Below, piece by piece: positions 12,425-22,884 of a stretch of 32,981 bases of DNA; the stretch's first letter is position 1; each line of letters starts with the position of its first letter. The DNA is taken from NCBI RefSeq assembly GCF_001194135.2, contig NC_068990.1, positions 22,170,104 through 22,203,084 of the forward strand, written 5' to 3'. The notes beneath the pieces are model-generated. The model had not been told where the DNA came from, made no database searches, and saw only the letters and a list, made by a program, of their open reading frames with translations. This stretch comes from Octopus bimaculoides (Eukaryota). Position numbers and translations under genes: made by a program.

Positions 12425-12630
12425 GCGGTGATCTGGCCGAATCGTTAGTGAATCGATCATTCCGGACGGCGGATGTTTTCTCCGGCGATTTACTTTCAGA
12501 TTTTGATCTTGCATTTCATCATTTCGAGGTCGATGAATTAAAGTACTAGTTAAGCACAGGTGTCGAAATCATCGACTTACGCCTCCCACTAAAACTTTGC
12601 TGGGCTAGTGATAAAATAAGAAAGAATTAT
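12425..12630 (+). mobile_element. SINE family A, old copy
   Basis: CTGGCCGAATCGTTAG head; TTGCATTTCATCATTTCGAGGTCGAT body. Confidence 0.75.
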
Positions 12631-12644
12631 TTTAAATACAAACG

Positions 12645-12838
12645 AGGGCAAATGGCAGAATCGTTAGTGCGAAGGACAAAATACTTGGTTGTACTTTTTC
12701 CGGCTTTTTTCCCCAACGTCAACTTTCTCTTTCTCATCATAAAATAGTACAAGTTAAGCGTTGGGGGTCGATGCAATCGACTAACCCGTTACCTCTACCG
12801 ACAATTGCTGGCCGTGAACCAAAATTTGAAACAATTAT
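12645..12838 (+). mobile_element. SINE family A, old copy
   Basis: TGGCAGAATCGTTAGTG head; GGGGTCGATGCAATCGACT body. Confidence 0.75.
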
Positions 12839-12865
12839 AGATAAACATAGTGAAGAGGAAGAAAT

Positions 12866-13067
12866 AGGAGTGTGGTAGACTAACTGATAAGAACGTCAGA
12901 CAAAATACATTGTGTTATTTATCTCGGATCTTTACGTTCTTAGTTCGAATCCTACTGAGCTCTGATTTATCTCTCAACGTTCGGGCTTCACTAGAATGAA
13001 GTATAAGTGAACGATTAACATATTGCTCTCTCCCTTCGTTGCCTTATGCCAATGTTAGAAATTACTG
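12866..13067 (+). mobile_element. SINE family A, very decayed copy
   Basis: TTTACGTTCTTAGTTCGAATCC B-box region; the rest is weak. Confidence 0.5.
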
Positions 13068-13225
13068 TTTCTTTTTCTGTCTTGTATCTGAATTCACAAT
13101 CATTCCTCTGTAAATTTGCTTTCATTCCCCACCGGTCGATAAGTAAGTACTGGTCTTGTTTTGACTGATGTCAGACACATTAACTTATATCGACATCATA
13201 ATATCTTATGTTTATGCTAGGTAAG

Positions 13226-13415
13226 GCAAGGAGTTGACAGAATCGTTAGCATGCCGGTCAAAATACTTAATGGAATGTCTTCCGGCTCATTATGTTCTGG
13301 TTTCAAATCTGACTGAAGTCCACTTTGCCTTTCATCCTTTTGTGTTTGATAAAGTAAACCGTTGAATAGATGTAATCCACATGTCCCCTCCCCTCGAAGA
13401 TCGCTGGCCTTGAAC
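13226..13415 (+). mobile_element. SINE family A, old copy
   Basis: CAGAATCGTTAGCATGCCGG head; CTTTGCCTTTCATCCTTT body. Confidence 0.8.
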
Positions 13416-13609
13416 GCTGTAATGGACCAGAGTCCCGTTCATAAAGGATGTTGTGATCTCGCTCGCCTATTTACAGGCCACGGAAACCTGGTAACATGCC
13501 CTATTAGTCCTAGAGCTGAAAGATATTATTTTTTAATTTCCTTACGTCACCAATTGTATTACGGTTACCACTCTCTAAATTACGAAACACATATCGAAGA
13601 ACAACTGAA

Positions 13610-13790
13610 ATTATGTCAAACGGTTAATGAACTGAGAAAACACAAATGCATAGCAATATTTGTTTGTACACAGTGATCTGAGGTCAAAAATGTCTTCGAT
13701 ATTTTCAGGAGATCGATAAAATGAAGTACCAGTTCAGGGAAATGGATTGGTTGAATCCTTAGACATTGGATGAGGTGCGTTGTGGTATTC
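13610..13790 (+). mobile_element. SINE family A, very decayed copy
   Basis: ATGCATAGCAATATTTG, TCTGAGGTCAAA and GATCGATAAAATGAAGTACCAGTT match family A motifs in order. Confidence 0.55.
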
Positions 13791-14554
13791 TGTCCATTTG
13801 CGTTCCGAATTCTTAGATGGTAGACTTCTTCTGTCAAGTGTTTCATAACAGTTAGTCCTTTGAAGCCGTGAATAGGCTTTCAGGGGCATAATTTGTCTGA
13901 TTGTACTCCTCGGAGACGCAAAAGCGTGTACTTACATCGTTTTGTGTTTATGGCTGAAAATTATGGACTTCCTGCCAATTACCTAACCGTAAGCACCAAT
14001 CGATATGGCTTCCTGTTTGTACCTTCCAGTGGTATCGACATGTTTCATGCCATAAAGAGCCAGAATTTTCAATTACATGATCGTAATGGAAGCTGGTGCA
14101 TCTATGTGGATCACATAAGCTATTGCAGTCTTTAACTTCATCAGCTGCTTTTATGTTTAGCACGAAGAAAAAAAAAATGAAACAACCTTTATGCATTCGA
14201 TTATTTCGTCTTTGGTTAGAATACCTAGCAGTAATTTCCTGAGGGCCTTTCCAGTTGGTTATTTACTTCTCCTCTAGAAAATATGTTGAAAGGCATCAAC
14301 AATGCTATACGAATTTGTAGATTTAATTGAATTATTTGTAAAAAATACACCATTCTTTATGATTAAATGGAGTTCGCTTGATGTGATTTCTCATATCAAA
14401 GAACATTTTCTTCTATTTTTTTAAACAATCCTTTAGTTTTTCGAATTTACATGAAAAGATATACATTTACGATCTGTTTAATTCCTAGCATATAAACAGA
14501 AAAATCAATGAAAGACACACCCGAAAAGGAAGTTTGCAAGAGAAAAAGAAATTG

Positions 14555-14635
14555 ATAATAATAATGATAATAATAATAACAATGATGATGATGATGATGA
14601 TGATGATAATGATGATCATGATCATGATAATATTA
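14555..14635. repeat. (AAT)n/(GAT)n microsatellite
   Basis: Direct reading. Confidence 0.9.
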
Positions 14636-15475
14636 ATGGCAAGCAACAACAACTGCTGAACATATTTGAAAAGAAAGTAAAGATCTTTGTTGCTAGTAAT
14701 TCTTCACAAAAGCCTTGGAAAAAATCCGAGTCTAACACTCAACTTTCATAAAGTTCCGGTTATTTTCAAGAAATTTATAAGAATAAAATTTATATTTTTT
14801 TACCTCTATTTGAAACGGAACAAAATTGGTTCTATAAGTTAAAGGAAGCAGATTTAAAATATGAAATAATAAGCAACCAGCAGACAAAAAAATATTGGCC
14901 GAAAAAACACTCTACTGTAACATTAATGAATGAATCTTATATTAAAATACAAGAAAGAAAAATGAGTACACCACAAGAAAAAAAAATTACTTTTGTGATT
15001 TTTCCTTTTAAAAGAGAGATAAAATAAGTAAATAAAATATACGACTAAATATATATAAATAAAAAGCAGATGAAAAAATTGCTAATGAAAACGATATTGA
15101 AAGATATAATACAATAAATATGGAAACTCTGAAAATTCTCACAAAAACGATATCAAATAGCAGTTTCCAACATCTGCTCTGCCTACGATACAAAGAATGA
15201 TTTATTTGAGAGGAAATCTTTGAACAGTAATAGAATCGAGAAGATCTTTGTACAACAAAAGGAGAACGCAAGCGCTAAAATCCTCTAAAGAGTTCTCCAG
15301 TTAAGGGAAATAATGCACAGATTTCAAAATATCTGTCCAAAGTCTCCAGCAAAACTTCACCAGTAAACAAACTGTCCTAGAATACAATGTATAAAATTTA
15401 CAAGTTATTTAATATCGTTTGTTGTTATTATTTATTATCGTTGTTATTCATGATCTGAGAAATAAAACCTAGAAT

Positions 15476-15477
<2 letters not shown>

Positions 15478-15516
<39 letters not shown>

Positions 15517-15654
15517 GATGTTGTTGTTGTTGTTATTATTATTGCAGTTGCTTTTGTTACTTGTTTTTATTATTTTTGTTACTCATAAATAATATCAAAA
15601 AATGCTGCTATTATTTTTGACTAGTTTTAAAAGCAGTCTAACATTAAGAAATAC

Positions 15655-15718
<64 letters not shown>
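15478..15718. repeat. (ATT)n/(GTT)n block (15478-15545) and (AAT)n block (15656-15718)
   Basis: Direct reading. Confidence 0.92.
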
Positions 15719-16964
15719 GTCGTATTTGTAGCCGCAGAACTAATATAAAATAACAGAGTGCTAATGATAGAAGACGAAATAACAATTGTTTAAAACCGAT
15801 TGCATTTAAACAAAAGTGCACAGAAATACAAGTAGAGGAGATAATGGTAGGATTCTTAACAGTTGCAATATCGGCAAATTAGACAATGTAAACGACAATA
15901 GCATTTAAATCTTTCCCTAGATGATCTTATCGGTTTTCTATTCCTTAAACGTGTGGTTCAGATTTTCCCTTGGAGACACAGAGGGCCTCTATTTTCCGTC
16001 AATATTGGAACGAAATGAAGAATATAAAACGTGAATAGACAAGAGAAAAGATGGCGGCGTGGTAAGGGGAGATAAAAAGTGAGAGGTGAGAGCGAATAAT
16101 TGAAAGAAAAGAAAGTTTATTGAAATCATCAATAATAATATATAAAGAAGAAAAAACTAGGAAATAGAAGGGACAAATGTAGAAACTGTAGGAATTGATG
16201 TAATAAGGAAATGCTATGTAAGATAGAGATATAAATACATTACTATATAGAGTAACATTGATGGGGCGGGGAGTACAGCAAAGAAAAGGATGAGGTAGAA
16301 TAAAAGGAAAGAAACAAGAGGAAGAAATGAATAGCAATGAATGTAAGCGAAAAACAAACATGTTCACAGATGAATACAGAAAATAAATGAAGTGTTAAAT
16401 CTCCTGTCATTCTGTCAAACTGATTCTAAGAACTTGTTTTTGCGATCAGTAATATTTGGCATTGAGTAGATTAAGGTAAACTGCCTGTTAAAAATACTTG
16501 TCAGCGTCGTTTATCGAATGCAATAGTAAGCTTCACTTCCCCCCACAATAATTTTATTATATAACCATTTAATAAAGTTATTTAGTGAAAGTGTTTGTTT
16601 GAATATTGTATATAAAATTGTCAACAATTCCAATTTATTGCGATTTGTTTATAAAAGATCGTAACACGCAATGTACGTCAGGTTTTGTTTTGTTTGCTAT
16701 TGTAATCTGTTTTGAGTTGTAGAATCGAGAGCAATATTTTGTATTTAAAATACAATGACATAGATTTATACCACTACCGCATAGAGTGAGAGAGAACGAC
16801 GTGATCTGTGAGACGTCAGCACCTGGCTTACATAAACAACACGGCTTGGATATGCCTTTAACCAATTAGAATTGTAAACAGTCCTTGAGTGGAAAATGAA
16901 GCTCCTTCAGTGGCTTTAGACAATAATGCTTTATGATTTTCATTTATGTTATAAATTATTTATA

Positions 16965-17542
16965 GGAGTGGCTGTATGGTAAGTAGCTTGTTTACCAACA
17001 TGGTTCCGGGTTCATTCCCAGTGCGTGACACTTTGGGCAGGTATCTTCTACTATAGCCTCGCGCAGATCAAAGCCTTGTGAGTGGATTTGAAAGGTGCCT
17101 GTCGTATATGTATATATATATGTATACATACATATNNNNNNNNNNNNNNNNNNNNNNNNNNNNNNNNNNNNNNNNNNNNNNNNNNNNNNNNNNNNNNNNN
17201 NNNNNNNNNNNNNNNNNNNNNNNNNNNNNNNNNNNNNNNNNNNNNNNNNNNNNNNNNNNNNNNNNNNNNNNNNNNNNNNNNNNNNNNNNNNNNNNNNNNN
17301 NNNNNNNNNNNATATATGTATGTGTGTTTATATGTTTGTTTGTCCCCCCAACATCGCTTGACAACCGATGGTGGTATGTTTGCGTCCTCGTAACCTAGCG
17401 GTTTGCCAAAAGAGGCTGATAGAGTAAGTACTAAGCTTACAAAGAATAAGTGCTGGGATCGATTTTCTCGACTAAATGCGGTGCTCCAGCATGGCCGCAG
17501 TCAAATAACTGAAACAAGTAAAAGAGTAAAACAGTAAAAGAG
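16965..17542 (+). mobile_element. tRNA-derived SINE family B (CORE-like; resembles octopus OR2 type) with internal microsatellite and gap
   Basis: GGAGTGGCTGTATGG head, GGTTCATTCCC B-box, CTTTGGGCAGGTATCTTCTACTATAGCCTC CORE-like segment, and a CCAGCATGGCCGCAGT...GTAAAAGAG tail. The family name is from memory. Confidence 0.85.
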
Positions 17543-17891
17543 AGATAACAAATTAAAAGATGGTTATTGCATAAACTGTCACGAGTGTTGCCGAAACAAT
17601 TAGTTATGAATGTTTAACAGCATCAGGCTACATGTTAATGCTACATGTTGATACCACAATAAATACGTGTCAGTCGATGCATTAAAGCATAAGAAAGTGC
17701 CTCGTTACCTTGCAGGGATGAATTCAACACATCTCAATAAAAAACTGCTGGGGTATCTTATACAAGGCTTGACGCAGAAAAGGATAAGTAATGGAATCAA
17801 ATACCGCAAGATATTTACAGTATTGTCAGGCTCTATACTGCTTCCCTCAGCCATTGTCGTGACGGAATTCGTGTAATAATAAATTATTTTC

Positions 17892-18092
17892 ATTTCTGTT
17901 GTAGGCACAACATCTGAAATCGTATGGGAGAAAACTAATCGATTTCTTCGATGACGGTATTCGACTGGTATTTATTTTATCGATTTCGAAAGAGATGTAA
18001 GGCAAAGTCAACCATGGCAGAATTTGAACTCAGAACGTAATGCTGCTAAGTGGTTATGTTGGGTGTGCTAACGTTTCTGCCAGTTCACCATC
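17892..18092 (-). mobile_element. SINE family A
   Basis: Plus-strand GGCAAAGTCAAC...AATTTGAACTCAGAACGT...GCTAACGTTTCTGCCAG is the reverse complement of the family A head and body. Confidence 0.85.
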
Positions 18093-18107
18093 CCTCTCCT
18101 CCATTTA

Positions 18108-18179
18108 TACTACTACTTCTACTACTACTTCTACAACTACAACTACAACTAAAACTCCTCCTCCTCCTCCTCCTCCTAT

Positions 18180-18275
<96 letters not shown>
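18108..18275. repeat. Compound trinucleotide SSR (ACT)n(CCT)n(ACT)n(AAT)n
   Basis: Direct reading. Confidence 0.97.
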
Positions 18276-18278
18276 TAA

Positions 18279-18491
18279 TCCTTTCTACTATAGGATCAAG
18301 GCCTGCAATATTGGAGGAGAGGATAAGTCAATTAAATCGACACCAGTACGAAACTGGTATTTATTTCATCAAATCCGAACGGATGAAGGGCAAAATCAAC
18401 TTCTGTGAAATTTGAACTCACAAAGTGAAGAAGGACGAAATGCCGCTAAGCATTTTGCCCGGCATGCTAATGATTCTACCAGCTCGCCACC

Positions 18492-18493
<2 letters not shown>
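18279..18493 (-). mobile_element. SINE family A, full length, flanked by (AAT)n on both sides
   Basis: Family A motifs from tail to head; AAT arrays at 18234-18275 and 18494-18546. Confidence 0.9.
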
Positions 18494-18546
<53 letters not shown>

Positions 18547-18547
<1 letters not shown>

Positions 18548-18630
18548 TTGGGGAGGGTCATTTGTGGAAGGCCATTTGTGGAGGGTCATTTGTGGAGGGT
18601 CATTTGTGGAGGGTCATTTATGGAGGGTGA
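18547..18630. repeat. Minisatellite, 6 x 14 bp (TTTGTGGAGGGTCA)
   Basis: Six contiguous units, three identical to the consensus. Confidence 0.95.
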
Positions 18631-18971
18631 TAATAGCAATGATATCCCGCGCACTGGTTATGTTTCATTTCAGTTTTATTTCCATTCAATTTATTATTTA
18701 GTTAATTGATTGATTAATTAGTTAATCAATTAGTATGCTAGAATTCATTCGTCACAACCTCTAACCTTATCAATGATTATGTACCTCTCAATCACCTCTC
18801 TTTCTCATCTATTTTAGGGTGTTTACTCTTCGTTTTAGAGCTCTTGAGACAAGCTTTAGAGATTTAAAACGGTAGCGACCTAAAATCTTCTTTCATTACA
18901 TAACTGCTGCTCTGATTGCTGCTGCTGCCGTGGCTGCTGCCGTGGCTGCTGCTGCAACTGATTTTGTTGCT

Positions 18972-19343
18972 GTTATAACCTCCGCCTTAGCGAAGGCGGA
19001 GATATTGTTTTCAGTCGCGTTTGTTTATTTGTCCAAGGACAAGATATCTCAAGAACTGCTGGATCGATTCAGATGATACTTTCAGGGATATTTTGCCTTG
19101 CAACCGACACGAATTGATCAGATTTTGGGATCTATCCGGTACCGGATCAGGATTCTGGATTATTTTCCCTGTTTCTTTGCTTAATTTTTGAGAGCGGTCG
19201 GGTTCATATTTAGTATTCTCTGTTGTGAGATCATTCGAATTAATTTCACATATTACCAATTTAAAAATCATCTGCACCTAATCCTTGAGACGACATTGGT
19301 ATTGCCTTGGCGGAGGTCTGCGCTGTCTGAGTGCTCTTGTTGT
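18972..19343. mobile_element. Non-autonomous DNA element, Crypton-V-like
   Basis: Subterminal inverted repeat ACCTCCGCC (18978-18986) / GGCGGAGGT (19309-19317), a 9-bp hairpin, a central 14-bp palindrome and a GTCTGCGCTGTCTGAGTGC right end. The class is from memory of similar fish elements. Confidence 0.6.
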
Positions 19344-19700
19344 TTAAATTCTTTTTATTTCCGTTCGAGGGGTGAAGGTGCGTGGCCTGGCTGTGAGGGT
19401 CTGTGGTTTCGGTTCTTGCACCGGGCAGTGTATAGGTTTTTAAACAAAATACATAATTTCCTGTTACACCAGTCCACTTACCTTTAAAAGAATTCCAGTA
19501 ATAACAGGGAAATTTTTCTTGCGAGGGACTGGTATCTCATTCGATTGGACAGATGTTGTAATCTCATTTACATATATATCATGTAGATCAGGTTAAGCTC
19601 CAGTTTATGAGTTCTAGCACTCAAAACAGGTCGAAGCCCAAGCCTCTTCGAGGTAGCCAATAAGTCGCTATCATCTATTTTATTTTTAGTCCTAGTATAA

Positions 19701-19763
19701 GGAGGAATACTTCCTTCTATATGGGTCCCTTCTATAGGGAGGAATACTTCGTTCTATATGAGT
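19701..19763. repeat. Local duplication, 26-bp match at a 37-bp period
   Basis: GGAGGAATACTTC(C/G)TTCTATATG(G/A)GT occurs twice. Confidence 0.85.
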
Positions 19764-19860
19764 AATATGATTCAGCTCTCCTTTCTATATTTGGCATGCT
19801 GTGTTCCGTATTTTGATCCATAGCGTAAATATAAGTATTGATTCACAGTTCTTTATTTAT

Positions 19861-20134
19861 TAGATCAGGTGTTCGTTTCACTGTTAATTCAAATTATCAT
19901 GAATGGTGTAAGAAACTTCAGGACTGTTGCCATAGTAACGAAGCTAAAACACGCAGAGTGAATCTGTATGCACAAATTGACCTTGAACTCTGTTGTCATG
20001 CGCATTACGTTTTAACGTTCTAGCTCACTTGTGTTGTTTATAGCAGTGCTTTCAAGAAACGTGTGTAGCGTTTGATCGTCGCATTGACCACGAGAGATAA
20101 AGTTGAGCAGAGAAGTGGCATCAAATTTTGCTAA
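19861..20134 (+). mobile_element. Tc1/mariner 5' fragment with dead transposase start
   Basis: 20090-20134 translates as TRDKVEQRSGIKFC*, matching the mariner N-terminal EQRxxIKF motif, with ATG apparently mutated to ACG. The left boundary is approximate. Confidence 0.65.
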
Positions 20135-20165
20135 GTCCACGAAGTCCACTAACAGGATTCTAGTC

Positions 20166-20268
20166 AGGCTGGCGTTATAGTAGAAGATACTGGACTAAGG
20201 GGCCGTGCAATAGAACTGAACTCTCAACCGTGTAGATGGGAAGCAAACGTCTTACTACACAGCTTACC
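20166..20268 (-). mobile_element. SINE family B head fragment
   Basis: Plus-strand TATAGTAGAAGATAC...GAACTGAAC...CTTACTACACAGC. Confidence 0.65.
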
Positions 20269-20280
20269 AAATTCACGAAT

Positions 20281-20408
20281 TCACTATAAAAATCTTTGGG
20301 AGTTCCAGATTTATAATAAAAGACACTTGCTCCATGTCGCCGCAGAATTGAACTTGAAGCCAAGTTGTTGTAAAACGAACATGTTAACCATGCACCAATA
20401 CCTGCTCC
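20281..20408 (-). mobile_element. SINE family B-like head fragment
   Basis: Plus-strand TATAATAAAAGACACTTGCTC...TTGAACT...TTAACCATGCACC. Confidence 0.55.
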
Positions 20409-21243
20409 TTCAAATGTGTTTAATTGTCGTAAACGAATGAAAAGTTTCTGCTGATTTGATTGGCTAAAAATACTGGGAATAAATAAAATGCAATCCAATT
20501 TACATTTAATTTCGTTAAATACATTGTGTCGAAATGTCAACAATCTTGTGACAAGTATAATACAGCAACTTTCAATTGAATATATGTGAATTATTGATTT
20601 CTTTTGTATAGACGACATAAGGCTCAATTTAATTTACTAAAATATTAATGGAACTGTTTGTTTCTAAATTTAATTTCGCTCCTAAGAAGTATTCTCAACG
20701 TGATTTCTATATTCTTTAGATTACAAGAATTTCGGAATTAACCATCATTGTTTTGACCTTCAACAAACTATGATAATATTCCGTTAGTTTAATAAACACA
20801 GATGCGAAAGTAAGAGAACAAGTATGAAAGTGTTGGATGAAGAATAACAGTAATTTAAACTCGAAGAAAAGTTTATTGTTTGTCATATTCTCTGCTAAAT
20901 TTACACGTCAAGTGCTTTTATGCCAAAATGAATCTACAATGCCAGTTTAGTTCTATAGTGAATCAATCTCACTTTAATCAAATTACTAAGCATTCCATTT
21001 GTCTGTCTCTATAACTATCTTAAGTTATAGCGTCCGTATCTTTTACTTATCCCAACATAGATATATAATGCTTTTGGGGAACGCTTCGGTCTATGAAAAA
21101 GGGAAAAGGGCTCAAATAAATCAGGCTGGTGCGGGTAGACACGTTACTAGATCTTCCATAAACTTGTGAAAGGATGAAGAATAAGGAGACAGACGTGTAA
21201 AGTAGATATTTGCCAATGAGTTCTAACTACATACCAGTGTATA

Positions 21244-21442
21244 TTCTTTTCTACTCTAGGCACAAGGACCGAAATTTTAGAGGAAGGGGCTAATCGATTA
21301 CATCAACCCCAGCACGCAACTGGCACTTAATTTATAGACCCCAAAAGGATGAAAGGCAAAGACGACTTCGGCGGAATTTGAACTCAGATCGTAAAGACTG
21401 CCAAAATACCGCTAAGCATTTCGCCCGGCGTGCTAACGTTCT
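21244..21442 (-). mobile_element. SINE family A, about 12 nt of head missing
   Basis: Family A motifs; abuts the next copy directly. Confidence 0.9.
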
Positions 21443-21673
21443 TTGTTTCTTTATTGCCCAGAAGGGGCTAAACATAGAGGGGACAAACTAGGACAGACAA
21501 AGTGATTAAGTCGATTACATCGACCCCATTTCGTAACTGGTACTTAATTTATCGACCCCGAAAAGATGAAAGGCAAAGTCGACTTCGTCGGAATTTGAAC
21601 TCAGAAGGTAACGGCAGACGAAATACTGCCAAGCATTTCGCCCGGCGTGCTAATGTTTCTGCCATCTCGCCAC
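21443..21673 (-). mobile_element. SINE family A subfamily with alternative 3' tail
   Basis: Same head and body, but the tail reads ...TTTGTCTGTCCTAGTTTGTCCCCTCTATGTTTAGCCCCTTCTGGGCAATAAAGAAAC. Confidence 0.9.
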
Positions 21674-21690
21674 TATAATTTATTTAATGT

Positions 21691-21907
21691 TTTCTACTAT
21701 AGGCGCAAGGCCCGAATTTTTTTTTTTTATCGGGGGGGCAGTCGATCAAGTCGACCCCAGTACGCAACTGATACTTAATTTATCGACCCCCTAATGGTAA
21801 AAGGCAATGTCGACCTCGGCGGAATTTGAAATTGGAACGTAAAAACAGACGACATACTGAAATACATTTCGCCCAGCGTGCTAACATTTATGCCAGCTCG
21901 CCGCCTT
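21691..21907 (-). mobile_element. SINE family A, full length
   Basis: Family A motifs. Confidence 0.9.
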
Positions 21908-22064
21908 CATATCAGTGTATATTACAACAAAACTGTAATAAAGACGGTTTTCGGTAGAATAAGTTGATGGTGGGAATGATTTAAATGAATGAAGGCCGTA
22001 GACATGTCATTTGAACTTTATTTATAATATTGAGTATACACGCGAACGGTTTCTACTTAACTTA

Positions 22065-22262
22065 GTTTAAAATTCTTGCACGAGGCCAGCAATTTCTGGG
22101 GACAGGATAAGTAGATTGCATCGACTCCAGTGCATAAGTTGTACTTATTTTATCAATCCCGAGAGGATAAAAGTCAAAGTCGACCTCTGCAAAATTTGAA
22201 CTCAAAACGTACAGCATGTCACTAAGAATTTTACCGTGCGTGCCAACGATCCTGCAGCTCAC
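22065..22262 (-). mobile_element. SINE family A, older copy
   Basis: Family A motifs. Confidence 0.85.
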
Positions 22263-22830
22263 AGACTTAGTATTTTTCATTTAATTTAAAGTCAGTTTTG
22301 TGTGTAGTGAGTTTCTACTCGACTGAGCATGAAAAAAAAATAAGAATGCAGATAAGCATTATAAGGATTCCTTGTTTGTCGAAGATTTTCTTTTAGAAAA
22401 ATTCTGAAAATTAGTGTTTGCCGTAGAGAATTTCCAAACTCTCAGAAAGCCGGTAGTTGAAAGTAAGAACTTTTGTCCTCGCTATACGATTTACCTCTGG
22501 ATAAAATATTCAATTCAATATTATAACAAAGTTATTATTTTCAATTAAATAAAGAGACAAAAACAAACGTTCGTTAGTTCGGTTGTAATTTCTAAATTAA
22601 TGATTATAAGTAGTGAAATACAATTTGAACTAATTAGATAAGGCAAATGTACATATTGGCAAAACTGCTGGTTTGTAAATTATTTTAATATTTAAGGAAT
22701 CTTAAATATTTTAATCTTACCTCTTATAAGAAGTAAGATTAAAAGACGAATTATATGAATTAATGATTCTTTTTTTTTTAATTCTTTGTATATAGAACTG
22801 TATTCTCCATATCCTTCCACTTTCTCGCTG

Positions 22831-22865
<35 letters not shown>

Positions 22866-22884
22866 GTATATATATATATATATA

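Noticed and set aside
13704-13774. Kinase-like TGTSFYRSPE (minus strand) and an AG...GT exon-like segment (plus strand)
   Set aside because: Both lie in a decayed family A SINE, and the plus-strand segment has stops in all three frames.
14038-14144. Minus-strand CTGATGA ... GAAACATGTC about 90 nt apart
   Set aside because: No stem I and an irregular stem II closure; probably coincidental.
16640-16870. CRE-like words (TACGTCA, GACGTCA) and CCAAT suggesting a promoter
   Set aside because: Short motifs are expected by chance, and there is no transcript or downstream exon evidence.
17705-17908. Minus-strand ORF with a hydrophobic stretch and an AAG|GTAACG donor
   Set aside because: It begins within a SINE tail and has no homology or supporting neighbouring exons.
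18547-18630. CRISPR-like array or true tRNA genes
   Set aside because: The repeats are contiguous with no spacers in eukaryotic DNA. The A/B-box sequences belong to SINE heads, and I could not fold them into full cloverleaves.
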